A stretch of DNA of 64,000 bases from Candidatus Krumholzibacteriia bacterium (GTDB taxonomy: Bacteria; Krumholzibacteriota; Krumholzibacteriia; JAJRXK01), in assembly GCA_041484665.1 (NCBI GenBank), contig JBGPIA010000018.1, forward strand, positions 1 through 64,000, given 5' to 3'. Positions 51,182-60,628 of this stretch are shown one piece after another. Positions within the stretch are counted from its first letter, which is position 1. Each line of letters starts with the position of its first letter. The translations under genes were made by a program, and so were the position numbers. The notes under the pieces are model-generated. The model had not been told where the DNA came from. It did no database searches and saw only the letters and a program-made list of their open reading frames with translations.

Positions 51182-52588
51182 ATGCGCTTCCCGCTGACGT
51201 TTCCAACGATGCCCCGCACCACCGAGAGCGCGTTCGTCGGCACCGAGTCGCGCGTCCTCCCCCAGACAGGGACCCCCCGGGCGCGGGAGCGCGCGGGGCT
51301 TGGCCTGCTGACGGTTGCGTGCCTGCTCTTTGGCCTGGCGCCAATGAGCCGTGCGCAGTGCGTCGGCCTGAGCATCGACGCCAGCCGCTGGTGCTCACCG
51401 TTGGACATTAACTTCTATTGGGCAGAGGGACTGAATGCCTGCGGGACATCCACGCAGTGCACGGCCTTCCAGGGCGCAATTCGGGCCGCCGTGCTAGAGT
51501 TCAACCTGACCGCGGTCAGCGAGCTGACCGCCCCGATCTTCCTCCTGGAGGCGGGGCCGATCGGGCCCAGCGATCCGCAGCCGGCCAGGGGTATCGTGTT
51601 CGCACTCCTGGCGGCGACGCCGCTCAGCTGCGCTGACACCACCGCCACGACGCAGGAAATGATCGGCGCAACACACACGTTCTACGCCGAGCAGACGGGA
51701 TCGCCGCTGTTGGCAATCGGCGGCGCCAACGTAGGATTCAATGCATCGGTCCCGTGGGGGAACAATCAGGCGGGCCGGTTCGACCGCAAGACAGCCGCGC
51801 TCCACGAGCTCTTGCACGCCTTGGGTGTGGGGCACGCCTCCGGGGATTGCTTGATGGCCACCACCGTCTCCTGCGGCCAGACGCACGACCTCGATGGCGA
51901 CGCCCTGCTCGCGCTCCAGTGCCTGTACGGCGACCCGAACGGCGGGTGCTTCCCGATGATCGGGATCTTCATCGAGGCCAGCGTGGACGGTGCCGTCACG
52001 ACCTACTTCGGTCAGTGCGATTGCTCCGGCGGAGGTTGCATGCCCAAAGTGGCGCATGCTTCCAGCCCCGCCGCTTTCGATTACGAATTCGCCGTGAGCG
52101 AGTCGGGTGGGCCGTACACCGTTTTCGCGCTTTTGCAGGAGAGCAATTTGCTGGATCACCGGTATACCCATCAATTCACACAGGCGTACTCGTCGGCGCT
52201 GATCCGCCTGCGCGTCCTCAGTGGCGCCGATGTCGTGGACGAGGCCTTCGCGCGGACCCCAATCGCCATCCAGCCCACGTCCACTGCAGGCCCTCCGGCC
52301 TTGCAGCCGCAGCAGCCGCTGCGGGTGCTGACTGCCCCCAACCCCTTCACGGGCCAGACGGCGATCTCCTTCAAGCTTGCCGTGGAGCAGAGTGTCGAAC
52401 TGGCAGTGTACGACGTGGCCGGGCGCCGCGTGGCCACGTTGCACGACGGCTTGCTGGGGGCCGGCGAGCACCGGATCGTCTGGGACGGCCGGACCTCGGC
52501 GGGCGGCCCCGCGGCGAGCGGGATCTACCACTGCGTCGTGCGGGTGGCCGGGGTCATCGCCAGCAGCACGCTGGCAAAGGTGCGCTGA
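51182..52588 (+). CDS. Matrixin/metzincin-like zinc metalloprotease with C-terminal FlgD-Ig/T9SS-like domain
   Basis: HELLHALGVGH (HExxHxxGxxH), Met-turn CLM, LQCLYG; tail APNPF..YDVAGRRV..WDGR..SGIY; start may be 51209. Confidence 0.85.
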   Translation: MRFPLTFPTMPRTTESAFVGTESRVLPQTGTPRARERAGLGLLTVACLLFGLAPMSRAQCVGLSIDASRWCSPLDINFYWAEGLNACGTSTQCTAFQGAIRAAVLEFNLTAVSELTAPIFLLEAGPIGPSDPQPARGIVFALLAATPLSCADTTATTQEMIGATHTFYAEQTGSPLLAIGGANVGFNASVPWGNNQAGRFDRKTAALHELLHALGVGHASGDCLMATTVSCGQTHDLDGDALLALQCLYGDPNGGCFPMIGIFIEASVDGAVTTYFGQCDCSGGGCMPKVAHASSPAAFDYEFAVSESGGPYTVFALLQESNLLDHRYTHQFTQAYSSALIRLRVLSGADVVDEAFARTPIAIQPTSTAGPPALQPQQPLRVLTAPNPFTGQTAISFKLAVEQSVELAVYDVAGRRVATLHDGLLGAGEHRIVWDGRTSAGGPAASGIYHCVVRVAGVIASSTLAKVR

Positions 52589-52624
52589 TGGCGGGTCGAG
52601 CCCGCGCGCGCCTGCGCGGACCCC

Positions 52625-53116
52625 TCAGGCGAGCCGCTTCTCCAGGCACAGGACAGGCGCCGGTCGGAAGCCCTCGCTGCCCAGGAAGCCGATCAGGTCC
52701 AAGAGCTGCCAGTCCACCTGGGTCTGGACCACCTCGATGCCCACGGCCCGGAGATTCATCTCGAGCTGGCGCAGCATGGCCTTGCCCACGTGTCGGCCGC
52801 GCAGCTCGGGCTCCACGCCGATCGTGTCGATGATCGCCGTGGGCTCGGGCAGGCCGAACTCGCCGTAGTACAAACGGCCCAGCAAGAACCCGGCGAACGT
52901 CCCAGCGCTCTCGGCGGCGAGCGAGACGCGGATCCCCGACTCGCGGGTCGCCTCGTCGATCTTGCGGCGGAAGTACTCATGGCGCGGCCGGCCGCTCAGG
53001 CGCGCGTCGATGCGCACGACCGCATCGAGATCGCGGGGATCCAGCTCGCGCACGAGCACGTGCTCCAGCCCGGTCAGCCCGGGCTCACGGAAGAGGTCGT
53101 CGGCATCGGAAGCCAT
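52625..53116 (-). CDS. GNAT-family acetyltransferase
   Basis: IDTIGVEPELRGRHVGKAML; GAGG RBS. Confidence 0.85.
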   Translation of the reverse strand: MASDADDLFREPGLTGLEHVLVRELDPRDLDAVVRIDARLSGRPRHEYFRRKIDEATRESGIRVSLAAESAGTFAGFLLGRLYYGEFGLPEPTAIIDTIGVEPELRGRHVGKAMLRQLEMNLRAVGIEVVQTQVDWQLLDLIGFLGSEGFRPAPVLCLEKRLA

Positions 53117-53309
53117 GGGTCACCTCGGTGGGTTGCTCCAGCGCCAACGATGTGACGCCGCTCGGCACGCCGCAACGTCGGTTGCGGCATGGCTCTGGGA
53201 GCGGGCTGCCGTGGCGGGAGCGGGCAGAGCGGACGGGACAGGGCGCCCGTGATCGCCCTCAACGTGGGCCATCCGATCTCGAACCGGTGGAGGAGCGCAA
53301 TGGGGATCC

Positions 53310-53661
53310 CGCGTTCATGCGTGATCCGGTCCCAGCCGGCGCCGCGCTTGTCACAAGCGTGGCCGCGGGCGCGGTCGACGAGAATCCGGCGCATGAGGCG
53401 CGCCGCGATGGCAAAGAAGTGCGAACGGTCCTGCCACTCAATGCGCGTCTGGTCCACCAGGCGCAGATAGGCCTCGTGGACCAGAGCGGTGGGCTGAAGC
53501 GTGTGGTCGCTGCGCTCGGATCGCATCAAACGCGACGCGATCTGGTGTAGTTCCTGGTAGACGGCCGCAATCAGTTCCTCGCGCGCGGCGTCGGCCGACT
53601 GCGGGGACGCTCTGAGCTGCTGGAGCAGTACCGTGATGTCCGGGCGCGAGGCATCTGCCAA
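53310..53661 (-). pseudogene. ECF-type sigma factor (kinase-associated type), C-terminally truncated
   Basis: VYQELHQIA..ERSDHTLQPTALVHEAYLRL..HFFAIAARLMRRILVDRAR..KRG; region 4 absent. Confidence 0.8.
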
Positions 53662-53763
53662 GGACGCACCGTCCTACGCTGGGCCGCCGGGGACGCGACG
53701 ACGAATCACCCTGGAGATTGTACCAAATAAGTCCGCTCGGGGAGCGACGTGAGCGTGATGGTA

Positions 53764-56519
53764 CTACTTGATTAGAGCCACGCGGATGTGATCGTTCCCG
53801 GTCTCGCTGTGCATCTGCACGAGATACACCCCGCTCGACACCGGGTGATCCTCACCGTCACGGCCGTCCCATTCCGCCGCCCCTCGGCCGGCCGTGTGCG
53901 ACCCGAGATCCATCTCCCGGATCAGCCGCCCCGCGAGGTCGTAAATCCCCAGGGTGATCCGTCCGGCCCTCGCGAGCTGGTACTCCAACCGGGTCGATGG
54001 ATTGAACGGATTTGGAACCGCGCTGATAAGATGGGATCGACCGAGGACGCTTCGGACCACCTCCACCACGACTTCCGGTGAACTGAGCTGTACCCGAAGG
54101 ATCTGCCCCACCAACCGGTAGCGGAACCGTCCCCCCGTGAGAGCATCCGCGTCCAGCCACGAGCCGGCCGCAGCGGTCTGGGCGCCGACCCAGTTCGCCA
54201 CCGCCAACTCCTGCCCTCGCGCATCACCGCGCAGGATGGTCAGTCGATCGAGGGACTTCGCACCGTGGATGTCCCACTTCAGCCGCACGCCCTCGACCGT
54301 CAGCTCGGCCTCCAAATTCGCAGCGAGCGCCGGCACCGGAAAGTCCTGAGCGGAGATCGCAGCGATGCCGCGCGCGGGAGTCTCACCCATCCCAGAGAAA
54401 TAGCCCCCCGCGTACACCGTCGTCGGGCTCACGGCAAAACTGGTGACGAGGTCGTTCGAATTCGGGTCCCAGCCTGTCGCCAGGCCGGTCGCCGCATCCA
54501 GGGCGGCGATCCGGTTGCGTGGCTGCCCGCCGATGTGGATGAAGAACCCCCCCGCATAGATCATCGATCCGCTCACCGCCAGGGCGTCGATCGAACCGAA
54601 TCCCGCATCCGGGTCCCAGCCTGTCGCCAGGCCGGTCGCCGCATCCAGGGCGGCGATGCTATTCGTGACTGCCCACCGACGTCGAAGAAGAACCCACCGA
54701 CGTAGACCGTCGTCCCGCTCAACGCGATTGCATTGATCGAGCCGCCCGCATCCGGGTCCCAGATCGTCGCCAGGCCGGTCGCCGCATCGAGTGCCGCCAG
54801 CCCGCCGCGCGACTGCCCGCCGATGCTCGTGAAGTCCCCGGCGGCGTACACCGTCGCCCCGCTCACCGCCAGGACGCGGATGATGCTGTAAAGACCTGGG
54901 CTCGCATCCCAACCGGTCGCCAGCCCCGTCGCCGCGTCCAGTGCGGCAACGCCGACGCGCGCCTGGCCACCGATACTGGAGAAGTCCCCGCTCGCGTAGA
55001 TGATCGTCCCGCTGGTCGCCAAGGCGTGGACCCAGGTCGCAAACCCACCGCTCGGATTCGGATCCCAAGCGGTAGCATTCCCCGTGGTGCAATCGAGCGC
55101 GGCGAGGCCAGAGCGGGGCTGCCCACCGATGCTGGTGAACAGCCCGCCCGCGTATACGGTCGCGCCATCGACGGCGATCGCGGAGACCGCGCCGTTCGCG
55201 TCGGGATTCCAACTATCCAGAGCGCCGGTCGTGGCGTTGAGTGCGGCAATACCGTTGCGCACCTGACCGCCCACACTCGACAGGTCGCCACCAGTAACGA
55301 CGGTTGGGCCATCGATCGCCAGGACGGAGACTCCACCGAACGAGTACGGGTCCCAGCTCGTCGCAAGGCCGGTTGTCGCGTCGATTGCGGCGAGATTGTT
55401 GCGCGGTTGGCCACCCATCCCGGTGAAGTACCCACCCGCGTAGACGGTCGACCCGCCCACGGCCAGCGCGTTGACACCGCCGAAGTACGAGACCGTATTG
55501 GGGTCCCAGCTCGTCGCCGCGCCCGTGGTCGCATCCAGCGCTGCGATCTGGCTGCGTGGTTGGCCACCGATCGTGGAGAACTGACCCCCGGCATACACGG
55601 TCGACCCACTCATCGCGAGGGCCAGGACCCGGTTGTCCGGACTCGGGTCGAAGCTCGTCGCGAGTCCCGTCGTTGCATCGACCGCGGCGAGACTGAAGCG
55701 GGTCTGTCCGCCGGCGGCGTAGAAGCTCCCTCCCATGTAGACGGTCGGCCCGTCCAATGCCAGCGCATAGACGCCGTCGTAACCGCCCAGCTGCGCATCC
55801 CAGCTGGTCGGCATGCCGGTCGTGGCATCGAGAGCGGCGATCAGGGTGCGGGCGTTACCGCCGACGTCGGAGAAGGCTCCGCCCGCGTACACCGTAGTTC
55901 CGCTCACGGCCAGAGCATACACCGCAGAGTTGGGCTGCGGGTTCCAACTCGTCGCCAAGCCCGTGCTCGCATCGAGCGCAGCGAGGTACGCGCGAGCCTG
56001 GCCGCCAGCCTGACTGAAATACCCGCCCGCGTAGACGGTCGTTCCGCTCACCGCCACGGCGAGCACGTAGCTGTCTGTCCCCGGGTTCCACGCATCGAGG
56101 GAGTGATCGGCGAGGATGTGCGCGAGGTTGTTTCTCGGCAACCCGCCCACACCGGTGAAGAACCCGCCCACGTACCAACCGCCCGCGCCGTCGGAGGCCA
56201 CCGCGCGCACCGAGCCATTCACTTTGGGCCAGCCGGGAAGGACGCCTCCGCTGGTGGCATGGATCGGCACGAAGTTGCCGGTCTGCGGCCCCACGTGGGT
56301 GAAGGGCCCGCCGATGTAGAGCGTGTTCCCCGACAGAGTGGTGACCGTCACGATACCATCCGTGACAGAGAAGTCCGGATCCACCTCCTGCGCTCGCACG
56401 GAGACGGTCGCCACCATCAGCAGCGCGAGGAATGCCGTGCCGGTGGTGGCGGAATGGGAACGGGCGGGCAACGCGGTGCAACGCGTCAACTCCGCAAAAT
56501 GGCGTGCACAAGACCACAT
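53764..56519 (-). CDS. Secreted beta-propeller repeat protein with C-terminal FlgD-Ig/T9SS-like domain; one frameshift near 54662
   Basis: About 12 repeats ALAVSGxTVYAGGxF..GGQxR..LAALDAxTG...WxP; adding one A in CGAATAGC joins the two ORFs; tail VPNPFNPST..YDLAGRLI..WDGRD..SGVY. Confidence 0.8.
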
Positions 56520-56862
56520 GAGTTGGGACCTCCAGCGAGTTGCAGAGCCCACCTGCTTCCGGGTCGGTGGATGGGCGCCATCCGGCCGACCGCGACAGTA
56601 CACAATTTTGGGCCCGGCGTCTTCAAGCTGCCGACTGCTTCCGTTTCGTAACCGTGAGTACCTCGCCCGCGTTCGGTACCGCCGCGTGTCGTGGTTGGAA
56701 ACCTCCCTCAGCCACGTCTGGAAAACCACCGAGTCCGCGGCCCAAGCTCGCGAGTGGCACGACGGGATCACACCGAGTCGAATCACGTTTGCGCGGCGGA
56801 TTGCGTGTACAATGACATGGAAACTCCGGCGGTGCTTCAACGGTCCCGACGATGGAGGCGCG

Positions 56863-58294
56863 ATGAAGGCGCTCTGCGGTTTGGCCCTCTGTGGGGCGTT
56901 GCTCGTGGGTCCTTCTCTGGCCCCCGCCGCTGCGATCCAGGGTGTCGACACAGGTACCGCAGGCTTCGTCGGCATGTCGGAGTACGGCCCTCTCGATCAG
57001 CCGGTGTTCGTGGGGAGTTTCGCGGAATTCCTGGCGGCCTTCGGCAGTTCGACTGCCGGACTCCCCCACCCCTACCTTGCCTCGTCGGTCGCCGCCTTCT
57101 TCGCGAACGGCGGGCAGCGCCTCTACGTGGTGCGCGTGGCCGGCGGCGACGATGCCTCTTTCATCGGCGTAGACGGTGGGGCGCTCGGTCTGCGGACCGG
57201 ACTGCAAGCGCTTCGAGACGTCGATGAGGTCAGCGTGGTCGCTATCCCGGGGGCGGTCTCCGGGGCCGGTCCAAGCCGCCATGATCTCGCAGTGCGAGGC
57301 CATGCGCGATCGTATGGCGGTGCTCGACCCGGCCACCGCGGTCGACATCGATGGGGTCCTGCAGCAGCGTGCAAGCCTGACCTCCACGCTGGGGCACGCT
57401 GCTCTCTACTTCCCCTGGATCCAGGCCGCGCCGATGGGTGTCTCGCTGCTGTTGCCGCCCAGCGGCTTTGTCGCCGGCGCGTACGCGCGCACGGCCCCCC
57501 CACAGTCCCCGGCTGGCAACGTGGTGACGGCCACAGGCGTGAGCGTCAATCTCACGACCCAGCAGCTGGACACGCTCAATCTGGCGGGGGTCGACGCCAT
57601 CCGGACCTTTGTCGGACTCGGGGTCCAGATCTGGGGCGTACGCACCATCTCGAGCGACAGCGACTGGAGATACGTCTTGGTCCGGCGTATGGGTCTGTTT
57701 CTCGAGGAGTCCATCTACGAGGGAACGCAGTGGGCGGTGCTCGAGCCGAACGACGCGATCCTGTGGTCGAGCCTACAACAGTGCGTGGAGAGTTTCATGT
57801 ACGGGCTCTTCCAGGGTGGCTGGTTCCAGGGCACGACGCCGCAGCAAACGTTCTTCGTCCGGGTGGACCAGACGACCATGACCCAGCAAGACATCGACGA
57901 GGGGCGCACGATCATTGTGGTGGGCTTCGCGCCGGTGCGACCTGGCGAGTTCGTCATCCTCCAGATCGTGCAGCAGCGGAACTCCAGCACGGGCGCCCCC
58001 CCGAGCGCCCCGCAGTCCTACAGCCTGTATCCAGCGGCCCCCAATCCGTTCAATCCGAGCACGTCCATCCGGTTCGACCTTTCCGAGGCTGGGCGTGTCG
58101 ATCTTCGGATCTACGACGTTGCCGGACGCCTGCTCGCAACGCTGCAGCGCAGCGATCGCATGGAGGCCGGAGCTCATCGGGTGGTCTGGGATGGCCGCGA
58201 TGGCGAGGGCGCACCGGTGGCTTCGGGCGTGTACCTCTATCGGCTCGACGCCGGCCCCTTCGCAGAGACGCGCCGGATGACGCTTCTAAAATGA
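56863..58294 (+). CDS. Contractile tail-sheath protein with N-terminal signal peptide and C-terminal FlgD-Ig/T9SS-like domain; one frameshift near 57262-57265
   Basis: GGAGG RBS; MKALCGLALCGALLVGPSLAPAAA; sheath motifs IQGVDTGTAGFVG..GP..SFAEF..FFANGG..YVVRV, AALYFPW, PPSGFVAG, WGVRT..WRYVLVRR..EESI..GTQWAVLEPND, VGFAPVRPGEFV; tail PNPFNPST..YDVAGRL..WDGRD..SGVYLYRL. Confidence 0.85.
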
Positions 58295-58509
58295 AGGAGT
58301 TCGCTGTCCCTACCGGACCGCCGGTCGGAGAGTCTGCGGCAGGCGTGATGCCGGCCACACCCGGCCGTACGCATGGGGAATCTCCGCGGCGATCAGACAT
58401 GGGGCTGGCCGCGGGTTTCCAACGGTGGCCTCAGCCGGTCGCTTCGGTCAATTGCTTCCGACCACGCCCGCAAGGCGATCGTTCCCGACGATCGCTGCGG
58501 GCGATGGGC

Positions 58510-59052
58510 TCACCAGCGTGCAGCCTTCTTGCGCGACCGCGGCCGCGCCGGCGCTAACTTGGGCGGGTTTGGGGTCGGACGCCTCGGCCGCTGTTTGGCG
58601 GACACCGACTTGATCACGGTATAGCCCTTCCCGCTGGCAAGCAGCGGGGTCTTGCCCTGCGCAATGGCCGCGCGAAGCAGAGACGCGACCGCCGGCTCGT
58701 CGAGCTGGGCGATGCTCTCGAGCCGGATGAAGCGCCCCTGGTTGCCGCTTCCCTCCAGCAGCTTGTGGGGATCGGGGAGCTTGGCCCCCTGCATGAAGTA
58801 GAGACTGATCCCCCTGGCGAAGACGGCCAGCGAGACGAAGGCCTCGGATGTCCGCTCGTTGGGCCCAAAGCCAATGGCGAGGGCGTTATAGTTGTCGTAG
58901 ACCAGCTCGACTGCGGTCGGGAATCGTCTGCGCAAGACCGCGCGCGCCGAGCGCACCAGCCTCCCGATGGACGGGTCGAATTTGGCGATGAACCCTGCCA
59001 GCTGCTTGGCTGGCGACTCCGGCCGATCCGACTTGGGTGATTTTTGCGTCAT
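58510..59052 (-). CDS. DUF1801-like protein
   Basis: ELVYDNYNALAIGF..LYFMQGAKLPDPHKLLEGSG..RFIRL. Confidence 0.75.
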   Translation of the reverse strand: MTQKSPKSDRPESPAKQLAGFIAKFDPSIGRLVRSARAVLRRRFPTAVELVYDNYNALAIGFGPNERTSEAFVSLAVFARGISLYFMQGAKLPDPHKLLEGSGNQGRFIRLESIAQLDEPAVASLLRAAIAQGKTPLLASGKGYTVIKSVSAKQRPRRPTPNPPKLAPARPRSRKKAARW

Positions 59053-59091
59053 GAAGATCTCCATCAGGGGGCTTACCGGTTCGGCTCCGTT

Positions 59092-59143
59092 GCTGCCGTG
59101 TCAGGTCTGCGGTGCCGGCGCTGCCGTGTCAGGTTTCCGGTGC
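59092..59143. repeat. 24-bp direct repeat, period 28
   Basis: GCTGCCGTGTCAGGTCTGCGGTGC / GCTGCCGTGTCAGGTTTCCGGTGC. Confidence 0.85.
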
Positions 59144-59272
59144 AGGCCCCGCGGCGTCGGCTTCAGCGTGACGACACCGCGGCGCGCGCCGGATTCCCGC
59201 GGCCACCGGAATTCGCAGCTGCGCGCCATCCATTGCGTGTAGAGTTCGCGCGGCGGGCGGCGCCAGAGCGAC

Positions 59273-59764
59273 TCAGTCGAACTCACGCCGCGCGGCAGCC
59301 TGCTCACGCCCAACGCGCCCGGGCTTGATCTCGGCGATGAAGTAGTTCTCGCCCCGTACGGGCGCTGCGGCCATCCGCCGCAGCATCGCGATCTGCCCGA
59401 CGTGCGTTAACGCGTCTGCGACCGGACCCTGGAACAGCTCCTCTGGCGAGGCCACCAAGGGCTCCTGCGACGCCAGATAGGCGTCGAACCGCTCGAGCCC
59501 GCCGAAGAACCGCTCTACCTCCTGCTCCCATGTTCGGGTCGAAGTCTCTGGCCAGCGCTGCCGCCCTTGGGCCAGCGAGAGCGCCCACTCGAGCAGATCG
59601 CCGATGTGTCCGAGGATCTCGCGCGGCGTTCGCGTGGTCTCGCCGACTCGAAGCGCTCCGAAGTCGGGCGGCGCGTCCCGCAGCACCTTACCCCCGCGAT
59701 AGGCGAGGGTCGCGATGGTATGCTGGAGCAACTCACGCTTTGGATCTGGATCCTGTCGTGCCAT
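59273..59764 (-). CDS. DinB/YfiT-like four-helix protein
   Basis: ATLAYRGGK..TPREILGHIGDL..QGPVADALTHVGQIAMLRR. Confidence 0.75.
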   Translation of the reverse strand: MARQDPDPKRELLQHTIATLAYRGGKVLRDAPPDFGALRVGETTRTPREILGHIGDLLEWALSLAQGRQRWPETSTRTWEQEVERFFGGLERFDAYLASQEPLVASPEELFQGPVADALTHVGQIAMLRRMAAAPVRGENYFIAEIKPGRVGREQAAARREFD

Positions 59765-60297
59765 GAGAAGTCCCCTGCGTCCCGTCACCGCGGCTAGACT
59801 GCGCCCAGACCACAGTCCTACCGCACTCGGACCGCCAAAGGCCGCCCGCCGCCGATCGTCGCTGGCCGCCAGACACCGGTACCGGCCAGGATCCTCGTCC
59901 GTCCGAGCTCGGTCCACCCTGCCGCGGCCACACTTCTTGGCCCCCCACTACGCGGGCGGTCATGATACTGGCCCTGATACTACGCTCCCGGGTAGCGAGA
60001 CTCCAGACCCGCCACGTTGCGCGCGGGCCTCCCGGATTTCGTCGCCTCCCCACCCTTGACATGGCTCACGTATGGCCACTCGTTGGCCAACCCGCGCGCG
60101 ACCTGGATTTCGGGATCCCCGAGGGGGTCGCCATTGAGGATGTCGGCCAGCACGCTCCATTCCACCCAACTCTTGCCATGATCCTCGCTGCGCAGGACGG
60201 CCCACGCGCTGGAGGGCAGCGCCATGGCGGACAGGAACAGCCGCTAGAGCACGAGCACCGCGAGGTGACGCATGACGAAAGACCTCCGGGAAGATTT

Positions 60298-60628
60298 GGG
60301 CTTGTCCGAGGATGTGTTGATGGGAGCCGTTGACGGCGCATGAAAAAAGGGGTTCACCCTCCGGTTGTTGCACAAGCCGAGAGGAGGAACCCCCATGGAC
60401 GGGCAAAGGCGACTCGTGGTCACCCTCGCCACTACGATCACGATACCCCCCGGCGATCTCGATTTCAACTCGCTCATCGCAGCATTCCGGCAGTTCGGCG
60501 AGTTGAGCATCGGCCGGCTCTTCGAGGTGACCCTGGGCGCCTTCGAGCAGCGGCTGGGCGAGGAGTTCATCGCCTCGCAGCCCGGCCGCTTTGTCTGGTT
60601 TGGTCGCCCGGGGAGCAAGCCGAAGGAG
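60298..60628 (+). mobile_element. Possible IS left end with transposase N-terminal fragment (ATG 60395)
   Basis: Locally AT-richer leader starting GGGCTTGTC, hairpin GGGGTTC..GAACCCC, strong GAGGAGG RBS; the 78-aa ORF start is unrelated to the kinase it runs into. Confidence 0.35.

Noticed and set aside
56323..58557. 744-aa ORF taken as one protein
   Set aside because: Only 56863 to about 57262 is sheath-like; the 5' part overlaps the opposite gene and the 3' part is out of frame.
59980..60260. Possible BNR/Asp-box gene fragment (RSEDHGKSW)
   Set aside because: One motif in a stop-interrupted frame; insufficient.
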